36,619 nucleotides of DNA from a bacterium (GTDB lineage: Bacteria; Patescibacteriota; Minisyncoccia; Phycocordibacterales; Phycocordibacteraceae). The translations under genes and the position numbers were made by a program. The stretch's first letter is position 1. The number at the start of each line of letters is the position of its first letter. Location of the stretch: NCBI GenBank assembly GCA_900299275.1, contig OMJE01000023.1, forward strand, positions 1 to 36,619, in the 5' to 3' direction. The notes under the pieces are model-generated. The model saw only the letters and a program-made list of their open reading frames with translations, did no database searches and had not been told where the DNA came from. This document shows, piece after piece, positions 23,879 to 32,338 of this stretch.

Positions 23879-24940
23879 TTACGGGCACGAATCACCGACA
23901 AAGGAGCCAAGTTGCTCGTACAAAGCCTTGAGATGCGATAGATCTGCCGAATCGGCTCCGCTTGCGATCATCCGGCCCATCGTCTTGTAGTGAGAACAAA
24001 ACGTTTTTTGCCGGTTGTTCTGTATTGCATGCAGTGCGCTCTCGGCACAATCCTTGATAGTCCAAAGACGTCTGTTGAGCAGGTTCTGTTGCAGAAGCTC
24101 ATTCAGTCCATGGGTCAATGCCTCAAGTGCATTCTGCGGTGTTCGCATATCCAAGGTCCAGATGAAGTAGCTAACTCGGCGATCATGTCCTATAGAACTA
24201 CCGAATATCTGACCAGCACTATTGACGAAGCGGTACTGTGACTGCAGTCCAGCCTCACCGATGCAGGTCACGTGATTGTCTTGCTGAACTGCAAACTGTC
24301 CAGGAGAACATCCGGGATCGATGGTAAGCGTGAATGGCGGGCCGGGTTCGGTCGGTGGAGTATAAGAAAAGAAATCATACAGGCCATCTTTCCAAGAGAA
24401 TGGGATCCTATCTCCGGTACCTGGAATAAATCCCAGGACGCCATACACAACTCGGTTGTCGTCGATCCTGCTAACCCAAATGCAACTCGGGCATGCCCAA
24501 TCGGGCGGGTTCACCTGCTGAATTCGTCCATCGGCGTACCGCACGACGACCTTGTCTGAAGGTTTTTGTTCCTTCACGTTGCCACAATAATTTACGTTTA
24601 GTAGCACGTCATTGTTGTTGTTGATGTCGAGGGCCTGGGACTCGTGAGTGGAGCCCATGCCGCCAGGGATCTGCAGACGTTCAAGGCGGTTGCTCGTGCA
24701 GGTAAATGCACGAGCCTTATAGTGGCCACCCTCCCTGTAGTTAACAAGAATCAGGACCCCTTGATCGTTGAAGTCCCTGAACTCGGGGTTGTTATAGCCG
24801 TTTCGAGTTGCAAGGACCGGCGTCGAGTAGTACTCGAGGGCCCCGATGACCGGAGAGGCTGCTGCCTGCGCAAAACACTGTGGTGTACCGAGCATTATTG
24901 TTGCCAGCAGAATCGCTAGCGTAGTTTTTAGTTTACTCAT
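23879..24940 (-). CDS. secreted repeat protein (HAF/beta-propeller-like repeats by eye) with Cys-containing helical C-terminus
   Basis: Signal peptide MSKLKTTLAILLATIMLGTPQCFAQA. Recurring xNDQGV / INNNNDV / IDDNRVV / VNSAGQIFG motifs. AAGGAG SD lies 8 nt upstream of the ATG. Confidence 0.7.
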   Translation of the reverse strand: MSKLKTTLAILLATIMLGTPQCFAQAAASPVIGALEYYSTPVLATRNGYNNPEFRDFNDQGVLILVNYREGGHYKARAFTCTSNRLERLQIPGGMGSTHESQALDINNNNDVLLNVNYCGNVKEQKPSDKVVVRYADGRIQQVNPPDWACPSCIWVSRIDDNRVVYGVLGFIPGTGDRIPFSWKDGLYDFFSYTPPTEPGPPFTLTIDPGCSPGQFAVQQDNHVTCIGEAGLQSQYRFVNSAGQIFGSSIGHDRRVSYFIWTLDMRTPQNALEALTHGLNELLQQNLLNRRLWTIKDCAESALHAIQNNRQKTFCSHYKTMGRMIASGADSADLSHLKALYEQLGSFVGDSCP

Positions 24941-25172
24941 GACTGTCGCTCCTTTGTTAAAGATCTTAAGAATGAAGTACCCCGCAATGAGCTAGGTAAA
25001 TGCATTCGTTTCTCTGCTAAGATATTGCAACAAATTCAAAAGCTAGACAAGCTGTAGTTCATAAAGAAGAACCTACATTGTTGCGACATGCTATGCCGCT
25101 ATGGTCTGTATCTGGCACTCTTGGACGAGCTAATAACCACTGACTGGAGCAAGATACCGAGCGTTATGCAGT

Positions 25173-25775
25173 TTAGACGAGGACTTCCGTTCGGTTTGGC
25201 TTTGGGACAGACTTGCGCCTAAGAACGCAAACGCTGAAGACGAGTGTGTTGAGCGTTGCTAGTACAATGAGATACGGAGCTGTAAGCCAGTTAATCTCGC
25301 CAAGCGAAAGAATAGTTAAAACGGATGCAACCGCTGTAGCAAGCCAGAAAGCGAGCGTCTCCGACCACGGTTCTAGCCATGATTTGCGCAAGGTCGGTAT
25401 GTAGCCAAAACCGTCTATAGCGGTAACCATGACGACCGACAAAAAAGGATTTTGCGTGAGCCACCACACACCAATGGCCGAAAGGGCGAGTAGTAAAATG
25501 CCCGTATCGCTTCTCGTGATGTCTTTTGTGCCATACGCGAGAGAAAGAAGAAAGACACATACCACAAGAATGGTTCCTGCCAGCAGGCCTAGCACCCCCC
25601 AGGTCGCACCTCCATAGAATGCGGCCGCGGTTGCGGTGCTTTGCGTAATCGACCAAATGAGCCAAGTGTATGCGTGTGGCTTGGTCGCATTTCGAAAGAT
25701 GTCCTTGAAATAGGGGCCGTATCCAATCATGAGCACGATGACTGCAGTAACGGCAAAGAAAAGCTTACTATCCAT
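25173..25775 (-). CDS. integral membrane protein with apparent internal duplication (PQ-loop/SWEET-like arrangement is possible)
   Basis: About 6-7 TM helices. IGYGPYFKDIFRNATKPHAYTWLIW and DGFGYIPTLRKSWLEPWSETLAFWL look like repeated units. The family assignment is tentative. Confidence 0.6.
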   Translation of the reverse strand: MDSKLFFAVTAVIVLMIGYGPYFKDIFRNATKPHAYTWLIWSITQSTATAAAFYGGATWGVLGLLAGTILVVCVFLLSLAYGTKDITRSDTGILLLALSAIGVWWLTQNPFLSVVMVTAIDGFGYIPTLRKSWLEPWSETLAFWLATAVASVLTILSLGEINWLTAPYLIVLATLNTLVFSVCVLRRKSVPKPNRTEVLV

Positions 25776-25832
25776 AGCAAGTGTATGACAGAGCTGTCTT
25801 CAGAATCGTTTGTCGTGGCACGTCAACCATCT

Positions 25833-25907
25833 TGGCTCCGCGACCTGGATTCGAACCAGGAACCAACGCCTTAACAGGGCGCTGCTCTACCGTTGAGCTA
25901 TCGCGGA
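25833..25907 (-). tRNA. tRNA-Asn (anticodon GTT), CCA encoded
   Basis: Minus strand: TCCGCGA-TA-GCTC-AACGGTA-GAGC-A-GCGCC-CTGTTAA-GGCGT-TGGTT-CCTGG-TTCGAAT-CCAGG-TCGCGGA-G-CCA. This folds as a full cloverleaf of 75 nt with a T-loop TTCGAAT. Confidence 0.9.
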
Positions 25908-25987
25908 ATGCCTCCCTGCGGAGAGCTTCATTTTATCGCAAAATGGCGTAAGCGCAAAGGCCGGTGGGGATTTGCTATACTAGAAGC

Positions 25988-26227
25988 ATGTATACCTTGT
26001 ATGTGCTTACCGGCTGCCAGTATTGTGCAAAAGTTAAACAAGCCATTGCACGCCTCAATCTTGCCGTCGAGGAAAAAAACATCGCCGATTCAACTGCGGC
26101 TGAAGAAGTTGAAAATCTCGGTGGACAGCTGCAGGCGCCCTACCTCTATGATCATGACGCGAAGATGGGGCTCTACGGCTCGGAACAGATCATCCGCTAT
26201 CTAGAGGAGCACGCCACGAAAGCATAG
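25988..26227 (+). CDS. glutaredoxin-like / GST-N-type thioredoxin-fold protein
   Basis: CQYC active site at the N-terminus, followed by APYLYD...LYGSEQIIRYLE. TATACT at 25976-25981 lies 6 nt upstream of the ATG. Confidence 0.75.
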   Translation: MYTLYVLTGCQYCAKVKQAIARLNLAVEEKNIADSTAAEEVENLGGQLQAPYLYDHDAKMGLYGSEQIIRYLEEHATKA

Positions 26228-26231
26228 CAAC

Positions 26232-26450
26232 ATGTACCTGAAGGTGTTTGTTACACCCGACAGTAAGCGCGAAAACGTTGAAAAAATAGGTGATGTGTAT
26301 AAGATCACCGTGCGAGAGCCAGCTGCACAAAATCGTGCAAATACGCGGGTGCGAGAGCTTGTGGCTCGTAAATTCGCTGTCCCCGTGGGTAAGGTGGCCA
26401 TACTCACAGGTCACCGTGCGCGGGGTAAAATGATATCGATTAGCACGTAA
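26232..26450 (+). CDS. DUF167 (YggU-like) family protein
   Basis: The 72-aa sequence VFVTPDSKRE...ITVREPAAQNRANTRVRELVARKFAVPVGKVAILTGHRARGKMISI matches the YggU pattern. Confidence 0.7.
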   Translation: MYLKVFVTPDSKRENVEKIGDVYKITVREPAAQNRANTRVRELVARKFAVPVGKVAILTGHRARGKMISIST

Positions 26451-26460
26451 TATATTTGTC

Positions 26461-26829
26461 ATGAACATCACCATCAAATCGACCGGTCACGAACTCAATG
26501 ATGACGTAAAAAATCTGGTTGCCGAGAAGTTTTCTTCGATGGAAAAAATCATTTCTAAATCCAATATTCCAGCACAACTCTTCTTTGAGATCGAGCAGTC
26601 CATCGCAGTAGAACGCGCTGGTTCCAAATATCGTGCTGAGGGAAATTTAATCATCGATGGCCAGACACTACGCGCTGAAGCTTCGGGAGAGACGCTTGAG
26701 GATGCCGTTGATAATGTGCGCGACCAGCTGACTCGGAAACTGCAAGGCACGCGCGGTAAGCGCCGGGAATTAATTAAGCGCGGTGGTGCCGCGCTTAAAA
26801 GAATGCTTCGCTGGGATCGGTCGAGCTAG
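26461..26829 (+). CDS. hpf: ribosome hibernation promoting factor (HPF/RaiA, S30AE family, short form)
   Basis: MNITIKSTGHELNDDVKNLVAEKFSSMEKI... has the typical N-terminus and size. Confidence 0.8.
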   Translation: MNITIKSTGHELNDDVKNLVAEKFSSMEKIISKSNIPAQLFFEIEQSIAVERAGSKYRAEGNLIIDGQTLRAEASGETLEDAVDNVRDQLTRKLQGTRGKRRELIKRGGAALKRMLRWDRSS

Positions 26830-27377
26830 GCGTTCGCACCTTTCACGTAGGTGAGCATCGTGTCTGCGTCGGAGACTTCAAACGGATCGGTCGGGCAGTC
26901 GTCGCTCAATCCTGGCTCAATAAAGAGCTTCTTTATGGTGCCGTCCTCGACGAGCATTGAGTAGCGCCATGAGCGCTCGCCAAAACCAAGATTCTCTTTC
27001 TTCACGAGCATGCCCATACCGCGCGTAAAGTCACCGTTACCGTCCGGCAGCATTTTCACTTTGGTGATGCCGAGCTTATCTGCCCATTGCTTCATAACGA
27101 AGGCATCGTTGATGGAAAGGCAGTAGACCTCATCAATACCAGCAGCCTTGAATTCATCGTATTTAAGCTCAAAGCCTGGCGCGTGCGTCGAGGAACAGGT
27201 TGGCGTAAATGCGCCGGGTAAACCAAAGACCACAATCTTCTTGCCTGCGAAAATGTCATCACTGGTAACATCCTGCCAACGGTATGGATTATCTCCGCCG
27301 ATGGATTCATCGCGAACACGGGTTTTAAAAATAACTTCGGGGACTTTTGAGCCCTCCGCAATCGGTGTTTGTGCCAT
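26826..27377 (-). CDS. peroxiredoxin (Prx5-like, Redoxin family)
   Basis: VVFGLPGAFTPTCSSTHAPGF peroxidatic Cys motif. Its stop overlaps the hpf stop (CTAG). Confidence 0.85.
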   Translation of the reverse strand: MAQTPIAEGSKVPEVIFKTRVRDESIGGDNPYRWQDVTSDDIFAGKKIVVFGLPGAFTPTCSSTHAPGFELKYDEFKAAGIDEVYCLSINDAFVMKQWADKLGITKVKMLPDGNGDFTRGMGMLVKKENLGFGERSWRYSMLVEDGTIKKLFIEPGLSDDCPTDPFEVSDADTMLTYVKGANA

Positions 27378-27404
27378 ATGCTGTGCTAACTAGTACTAAT
27401 ACGG

Positions 27405-28223
27405 CTAGTGTATCACGAAGTCTTGCTCAGGTTTGCCTTCAGGAATGACGCGTTCAATGGTAAATACGCCTTTGGCGAATGAAGCTCGCGTGATCTTGTG
27501 GCGGACACCGTCTTTAAAGAAGAACGTTCCTATGGAGTCGTTATATGCGCGATATTTTCGCCAGTTCTCCTCGGCTCCGGCACTGAGTGAGATCTCGCCG
27601 TCAGCTTTTTTAAATTTACCCGAGTGCGAGGCATGTGATTCGTTTTGTGGCATGGGTGTGATGGCGCCTTCAAGGTACGCGGGAAGCGTTTCGATGAGTA
27701 GATCGGCGCCGAGCGCAATGAGACGGGGACGCAGATCCTTTGCAGTATCATGTGCCTCTATTGGTATCTCACGCTGGGCAATGATATCTCCGGCATCGAG
27801 AGCCCTAACCATTTTTTGAATGGTCACGCCCGTGATGACTTCGCCGCCGAGCAGTGCACCTTCAAGTGGCGTGGCGCCACGATACTTCGGGAGCAGCGAA
27901 TAATGAATATTGAGCACCCCTTTCGGGAAGGAGTCGATCAGCACTTCAGGAAAAATCTTTCCGTATGCAACGCAAACTCCCACTTCACACCCGGCGTCTG
28001 CAATCGTTCGTATCGTTGCTTCATCCAAGCGTTCGGGTGTCAGAACAGGAATGTCCTGAGCCTCTGCAATAGCTTTTGTAGGTGAAGGGGTGAGCACTAG
28101 GCCGCGCCCACGAGGTGCATCGGGTGATGTAACGACAAGCTCCGGACGATAGCCGTGCTCGAGTAATATGGCAAGCGTTTCGCTCGCAACCCACGGTGTA
28201 CCAAAATAAACAAATTTACTCAT
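27405..28223 (-). CDS. fmt: methionyl-tRNA formyltransferase
   Basis: FGTPWVASETL...VVTSPDAPRGRG...PVLTP, NIHYSLLPKYRGATP. The start at 28223 overlaps the def stop by 8 nt, as in the classic def-fmt operon. Confidence 0.85.
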   Translation of the reverse strand: MSKFVYFGTPWVASETLAILLEHGYRPELVVTSPDAPRGRGLVLTPSPTKAIAEAQDIPVLTPERLDEATIRTIADAGCEVGVCVAYGKIFPEVLIDSFPKGVLNIHYSLLPKYRGATPLEGALLGGEVITGVTIQKMVRALDAGDIIAQREIPIEAHDTAKDLRPRLIALGADLLIETLPAYLEGAITPMPQNESHASHSGKFKKADGEISLSAGAEENWRKYRAYNDSIGTFFFKDGVRHKITRASFAKGVFTIERVIPEGKPEQDFVIH

Positions 28224-28740
28224 GCTCGAGAGGCGGCACTTGCATGACATCTTCGGCGTGGTCCGTAAAAAGAATGCCGTTCAAGTGGTTCATTTCGTGT
28301 TCAAAAATTTGTGCGAGCAGTCCTCCGGCACCACGCTGAAATTTCGATCCATCAAGACGTTGTGCCTTTATGGTGACGCGCTCGTGGGGTCGTGTGAAGC
28401 CATACTTGCCGCGCACCGAAAGGCAGCCTTCTTCAGCGCGCGTCCGCTTGCGCGATGTTTTTACGATGCTCGGATTAACGTAGACATCAACCACGGGCTC
28501 GGGCTTCTCTTGGGTGTTCTCATAATTTGTAGGGAGTGTGCGGTCTGCACGCACAATGAAGAGGCGGTATGAGACTCCGATTTGAGGCGCGGCGAGCGCA
28601 ACGCCATCGGATTCCTTGTCGAGGGCTTCGGCCATATCACGGACGAGAGTCTCGAGTTCCTTAGAGCCAAAGAGGGACTCAGGTACGGGCTCTGCCACCG
28701 CGCGCAGTACGGGAGTTCCTGTTTGTACGATGGCCTTCAT
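28216..28740 (-). CDS. def: peptide deformylase
   Basis: Motifs GVALAAPQIG, EGCLS, HEMNHLNG. TGGTATAGT extended -10 (28757-28749) lies 8 nt upstream of the ATG. Confidence 0.9.
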   Translation of the reverse strand: MKAIVQTGTPVLRAVAEPVPESLFGSKELETLVRDMAEALDKESDGVALAAPQIGVSYRLFIVRADRTLPTNYENTQEKPEPVVDVYVNPSIVKTSRKRTRAEEGCLSVRGKYGFTRPHERVTIKAQRLDGSKFQRGAGGLLAQIFEHEMNHLNGILFTDHAEDVMQVPPLEHE

Positions 28741-28760
28741 ATGCCGAAACTATACCAAAT

Positions 28761-28790
28761 ATAAAGAAAAAACGCGCTTTATAGCGCGTT
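28761..28790 (-). terminator. rho-independent terminator (minus strand)
   Basis: On the minus strand: AACGCGCT-ataa-AGCGCGTT-TTTTCTTT. Confidence 0.55.
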
Positions 28791-28801
28791 TAGGAAAGAT
28801 C

Positions 28802-28921
28802 AAAAAAACAGTGGGGCGACACGGGGACCCCTTTTGTGGGCTGGCCCGTCCCGAAGGAGGCGAGTCGGTCGGGTGGGATCCCCGTGTCGCAAAGCCGCTG
28901 GGGTATTCGCAGCTGGCTTCT
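28802..28921 (-). ncRNA. unclassified structured RNA element (candidate sRNA or elaborate 3' UTR/terminator)
   Basis: 12-bp perfect outer stem (28816-28827 pairs with 28879-28890). On the minus strand the apical loop is C(UUCG)G (28852-28855). A second hairpin lies at 28893-28918. On the minus strand a U7 tract follows (28808-28802) and TTGCAA-17-TACTAT lies upstream (28957-28929). The strand call rests on these signals. Confidence 0.4.
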
Positions 28922-28963
28922 AAAGTGCATAGTACACTATGTTTGGCTTTTTTGCAAGGGGGG

Positions 28964-29254
28964 CTAGCGGACGTGCTTAGAAGGGTCCAATTCCCACCAA
29001 AACCGCTTACTAAAGTGCTTAGCCGTCGTGCACACACTTTTTAAATAATAGAGATCTTTGGTGGGTATTTTTTCGAGCACCACGCCGAGATGTGCCATCG
29101 AGATGGGTGGTAAACCGTCCTGTTTACGTGCGATATTTAAATGGCGCTGAAAGAAGCGCATCAATTCGCCACGCTCCGTAAGACGACTGCGTCCCCGTGG
29201 TGCGGTGGCGCGCTTTTTTTCGAAGTCGGGAAGGAAATCCCCGATGGGCTTCAT
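28964..29254 (-). CDS. hypothetical 96-aa basic protein translationally coupled to murA
   Basis: Its ATG overlaps the murA TGA (ATGA at 29254-29251). The translation is MKPIGDFLPDFEKKRATAPRGRSRL...TKDLYYLKSVCTTAKHFSKRFWWELDP. No family recognised. Confidence 0.6.
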   Translation of the reverse strand: MKPIGDFLPDFEKKRATAPRGRSRLTERGELMRFFQRHLNIARKQDGLPPISMAHLGVVLEKIPTKDLYYLKSVCTTAKHFSKRFWWELDPSKHVR

Positions 29255-30567
29255 ACGTAATCAGTATAGACCTCGATCCGAGCGCCAAGGGCACGGAGGC
29301 GCTCTGCAATGTCTTCATAACCGCGATTGATGCTGTACACGTTGCGCAGCATAGACCGTCCCTTTGCCGCGAGCATAGCCACCAGAATGATGGTAGCAGG
29401 ACGCAGTGCCGGCGGACAAATAACCTGCGCGGCTTTCAGTTCACGACGACCCTCAATAGAAATGCGATGCGGATCGTGCAATGTGGTGATCGCGCCAAGC
29501 CGATCCAGTTCGGTGTAGTAGATCGCGCGCTTCTCGTAGGACCAGTCATGAATAAGGGTAGAGCCTTGTGCCTGTGTGGCAATAACAGCAAAGAATGGAA
29601 GATTGTCGATGTTGAGTGCAGGGTAGGGGCGTGCGTGAATTTTTTCTGGGAAGGCAATCAACTCTGATGGTTCAATATGAATATCAGCAAGTCGGGTGAT
29701 GCCGTTTTCCGAGACGCCCGCATCTGTAATGGTGTAGCGCAGGCCCATTTTTTCAAGAACAAAAAGTTCGACCTCTAAGAATTCAATCGGCGCCTTTGCA
29801 ATAGTGAGCGCGCTCCTAGTAACGATGGCCGTTGTGATGAAGAACATGGCATCAGTCGGATCCTCGGCAACGGTGTACTCTACGTCTTTGTGTATGTCCG
29901 CTACGCCTTCCACGGTGAGTGTCGTTGTGCCAATGCCGCTTACCGAGACACCAAGCTCCTGCAAAAAACCGCACACCTCCTGCACTTGATAGTTTGCTGA
30001 CGCATATTTGAGAATGGACGTGCCTTGTATTTTTGCGGCCATAAACAAGCCATTTTCTGTGGCCGTATCGCTTGCTTCATAGAGAATCGCTGCGGCAGGA
30101 CGTAGGCCGGTATTGTGGATGCGATAGCGGTCCGAGAGGGTTTCAATCGTGAGTCCGAATTTTTCGAGTACCCAAAGGTGCTGCCGTATAGAGCGAAGAC
30201 CGAGCGTGCAGCCGCCCGATTGCGGCAATTCGAATTTTTTGAGCACATGGGCGAGCGGTCCAATGAACATAAGAATGCTTCGTGTTTTGGTAGCCGCGAC
30301 CGCGTCGATACCGCCCATGTCAATGTGCACAGGTGGCTTAATGCGTACGCTCGTGCCATGCCACTCAACCGCCACACCAAGCGATCGTAGGACCTCAATA
30401 AGGCGATTCACCTCTTCAATCTTCGGCATGCGGTGGAGTGTGGTGGTCCCTTTATTGAGGAGTGATGCCGCGAGTAGTGCGACGGCGCCATTTTTAGATC
30501 TGCTGGTTTCTACGCTGCCTGAAAGAGCCTTGCCGCCCTCAATAACAAAATTCATTTCGCCTTGCAT
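29251..30567 (-). CDS. murA: UDP-N-acetylglucosamine 1-carboxyvinyltransferase
   Basis: FVIEGGKALSGSVETSRSKNGAVALLAASLL, catalytic-loop Cys in PQSGGCTLGLRSI, and a C-terminal INRGYEDIAERLRALGA. TACACT (30579-30574) lies 6 nt upstream of the ATG. Confidence 0.9.
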   Translation of the reverse strand: MQGEMNFVIEGGKALSGSVETSRSKNGAVALLAASLLNKGTTTLHRMPKIEEVNRLIEVLRSLGVAVEWHGTSVRIKPPVHIDMGGIDAVAATKTRSILMFIGPLAHVLKKFELPQSGGCTLGLRSIRQHLWVLEKFGLTIETLSDRYRIHNTGLRPAAAILYEASDTATENGLFMAAKIQGTSILKYASANYQVQEVCGFLQELGVSVSGIGTTTLTVEGVADIHKDVEYTVAEDPTDAMFFITTAIVTRSALTIAKAPIEFLEVELFVLEKMGLRYTITDAGVSENGITRLADIHIEPSELIAFPEKIHARPYPALNIDNLPFFAVIATQAQGSTLIHDWSYEKRAIYYTELDRLGAITTLHDPHRISIEGRRELKAAQVICPPALRPATIILVAMLAAKGRSMLRNVYSINRGYEDIAERLRALGARIEVYTDYV

Positions 30568-30591
30568 CGAACTAGTGTACCATTACCCGTG

Positions 30592-31617
30592 ATGTCATAC
30601 TTTTCCCCAAAACTCGGCATTGATTTGGGCACGACCAATGTCCTCGTTTTTGTGCCAGGGAAGGGAGTGGTGCTTAATGAACCCTCCATGGTCGCCGTGA
30701 GTAAAGCTGAAGACAAGCGCGGCAGTCATAAAATTCTTGCCATAGGTGAAGATACCAAAGCAATGATCGGGCGAACCCCAGAAGGCGTCATTGTGTATCG
30801 GCCTATGAAGGACGGCGTAATCGCCGACTACCGCGTCACCGAAGCAATGCTGCGCCACTTTATGAAAAAGGCACTCGGTTGGAACCCGTTTAAACCCACG
30901 GTGCTCATCTCCGTGCCCGCAGGTGTCACCTCCACTGAGAAGCGCGCCGTCATTGAAGCAGCGGTAAAGGCCGGTGCAAAAAATGCGTACGTGGTGAAGG
31001 AGCCAATCCTTGCGGCCATTGGCGCTGGCATTCCTATTCATGAACCACTGGGGCGTATGGTGGCGGATATTGGAGGCGGCACGATCGACGTGGCGGTGAT
31101 CTCACTCGGCGGCATTGTGGCCTCGACGTCGGTAAAGTGCGCGGGCAATCGGCTCGACCGCGCCATCGTTGATCATGTAAAGAAGCAGCACAATCTTTCC
31201 ATCGGCGACAAAACGGCGGAAGAGATAAAAATTAAGGTTGGTGCGGCTCTGCCACTGCAGGAGGAGATTACTATGCTGGTGCGTGGCAGCGATACCGTTT
31301 CGGGGCTTCCGCGTACAATAGAGCTGGGCACCAATGATCTGGCGCAGGCAATGAGCCGTGAACTACGCGAAATGACACAGGCTATTCGAAAAGTGCTTCA
31401 AGAAACACCGCCGGAGCTTGCGGCCGATATCATCGATAACGGCATTATGCTCACGGGAGGCACGAGCCAGCTTCGTGAATTGCCGGAGCTCGTGTATCGC
31501 CGCACCGGCGTGATGGCAAAACTCGCGCAGGATCCGTACTACTGTGTCGCGCAGGGCACGGGCATCGCGCTCAAGCACTTGAACACGTATCAAAAGAGTA
31601 TTATCGCGAAGAAATAG
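30592..31617 (+). CDS. mreB: rod shape-determining protein MreB (paralogue 1)
   Basis: GIDLGTTNVLV, NEPSMVAV, PMKDGVIADY, VPAGVTSTEKRAV, EPILAAIGAG, ADIGGGTIDVAVISLGG, LTGGTSQLREL. Started at ATG 30592. Confidence 0.9.
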   Translation: MSYFSPKLGIDLGTTNVLVFVPGKGVVLNEPSMVAVSKAEDKRGSHKILAIGEDTKAMIGRTPEGVIVYRPMKDGVIADYRVTEAMLRHFMKKALGWNPFKPTVLISVPAGVTSTEKRAVIEAAVKAGAKNAYVVKEPILAAIGAGIPIHEPLGRMVADIGGGTIDVAVISLGGIVASTSVKCAGNRLDRAIVDHVKKQHNLSIGDKTAEEIKIKVGAALPLQEEITMLVRGSDTVSGLPRTIELGTNDLAQAMSRELREMTQAIRKVLQETPPELAADIIDNGIMLTGGTSQLRELPELVYRRTGVMAKLAQDPYYCVAQGTGIALKHLNTYQKSIIAKK

Positions 31618-31647
31618 AAAGTGGCTCAAACGGGCTATACTGCACCT

Positions 31648-32331
31648 ATGCACCATGCCTATGTGATTGAAGGCGAGATAGAGCAGGGCATCGAGCATGC
31701 ACTCATGTGGATCAAGGAAAAACTTGGTCTCCATACGCATATGAGTCCAGACGGCAGTGGCGCGGGGAACCCCGATGTCATCATTTTGCGCCACGACTTT
31801 TTCTCCGTAGATGATGCGAGGCGCGTGCAGGAGTACGTTATGCAGGCACCGCTCAAGGGCGACCGCAAAGCCATCATCATCGCCGTATCACAGCTTCTAC
31901 ATCAATCGCAGAATGCGTTGCTCAAAACATTTGAAGAGCCACCGGAAGGCACGTTTCTTTTCTTTATTGCGCCGAATGTCGCGGGTCTCCTGCCCACATT
32001 CCGTTCGCGTGTCCAAGCACTGTCAAAAACTACGTTGGTTGAGGAGATGTCCCCGCTGGCCCGCGATTTCATACAGGCAGTACCCGAAAAACGCTCAGCG
32101 CTTGCTAAAAAACTTTCTACCAGTCGCTCTGATGAGGAGAGACGTAGAAATCGCACGGAAGCGGTCGCCATTGTAAATGGAATCGAGCGTGCAGCGGCAG
32201 GTGATATCGCGCGGCATGCGGCACTTTTGCGCGATATACAAAGGCTGCGAGTCTATTTGAACGACGCGAGCGCACCGGTCAAATTAGTGCTTGAACACTT
32301 GGCGATTGTGACGCCGCGGAATTTGATATAG
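31648..32331 (+). CDS. holB: DNA polymerase III delta' subunit-like (short)
   Basis: HAYVIEG, QNALLKTFEEPPEGTFLFFIA, FRSRVQ (sensor motifs), and no intact P-loop. I start it at ATG 31648, 6 nt after TATACT (31636-31641). The track ORF starts at GTG 31621. Confidence 0.7.
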   Translation: MHHAYVIEGEIEQGIEHALMWIKEKLGLHTHMSPDGSGAGNPDVIILRHDFFSVDDARRVQEYVMQAPLKGDRKAIIIAVSQLLHQSQNALLKTFEEPPEGTFLFFIAPNVAGLLPTFRSRVQALSKTTLVEEMSPLARDFIQAVPEKRSALAKKLSTSRSDEERRRNRTEAVAIVNGIERAAAGDIARHAALLRDIQRLRVYLNDASAPVKLVLEHLAIVTPRNLI

Positions 32332-32338
32332 TAGGTCT

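Noticed and set aside
19800-25907. Genomic island integrated at the 3' end of tRNA-Asn.
   Set aside because: There is no integrase or recombinase gene. I could find no direct repeat of the tRNA 3' half (GACCTGGATTCGAA...) elsewhere in the window. The region mixes core-like genes (ABC exporter, deaminase) with odd ones.
28811-28892. Plus-strand reading of the long hairpin as SRP (4.5S) RNA. GUCCCGAAGGAGGCGAG resembles the domain IV consensus GUCCGGAAGGAAGCAGC.
   Set aside because: The nearly invariant loop nucleotides are changed. The tetraloop GGAA becomes CGAA, the 3'-side AGCA becomes GGCG, and the 5'-side AGG becomes CCG. These changes turn the symmetric loop into ordinary Watson-Crick pairs. 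The complementary strand carries a canonical cUUCGg loop, a U7 tail and an upstream promoter-like element. A cmsearch with RF00169 would settle it.
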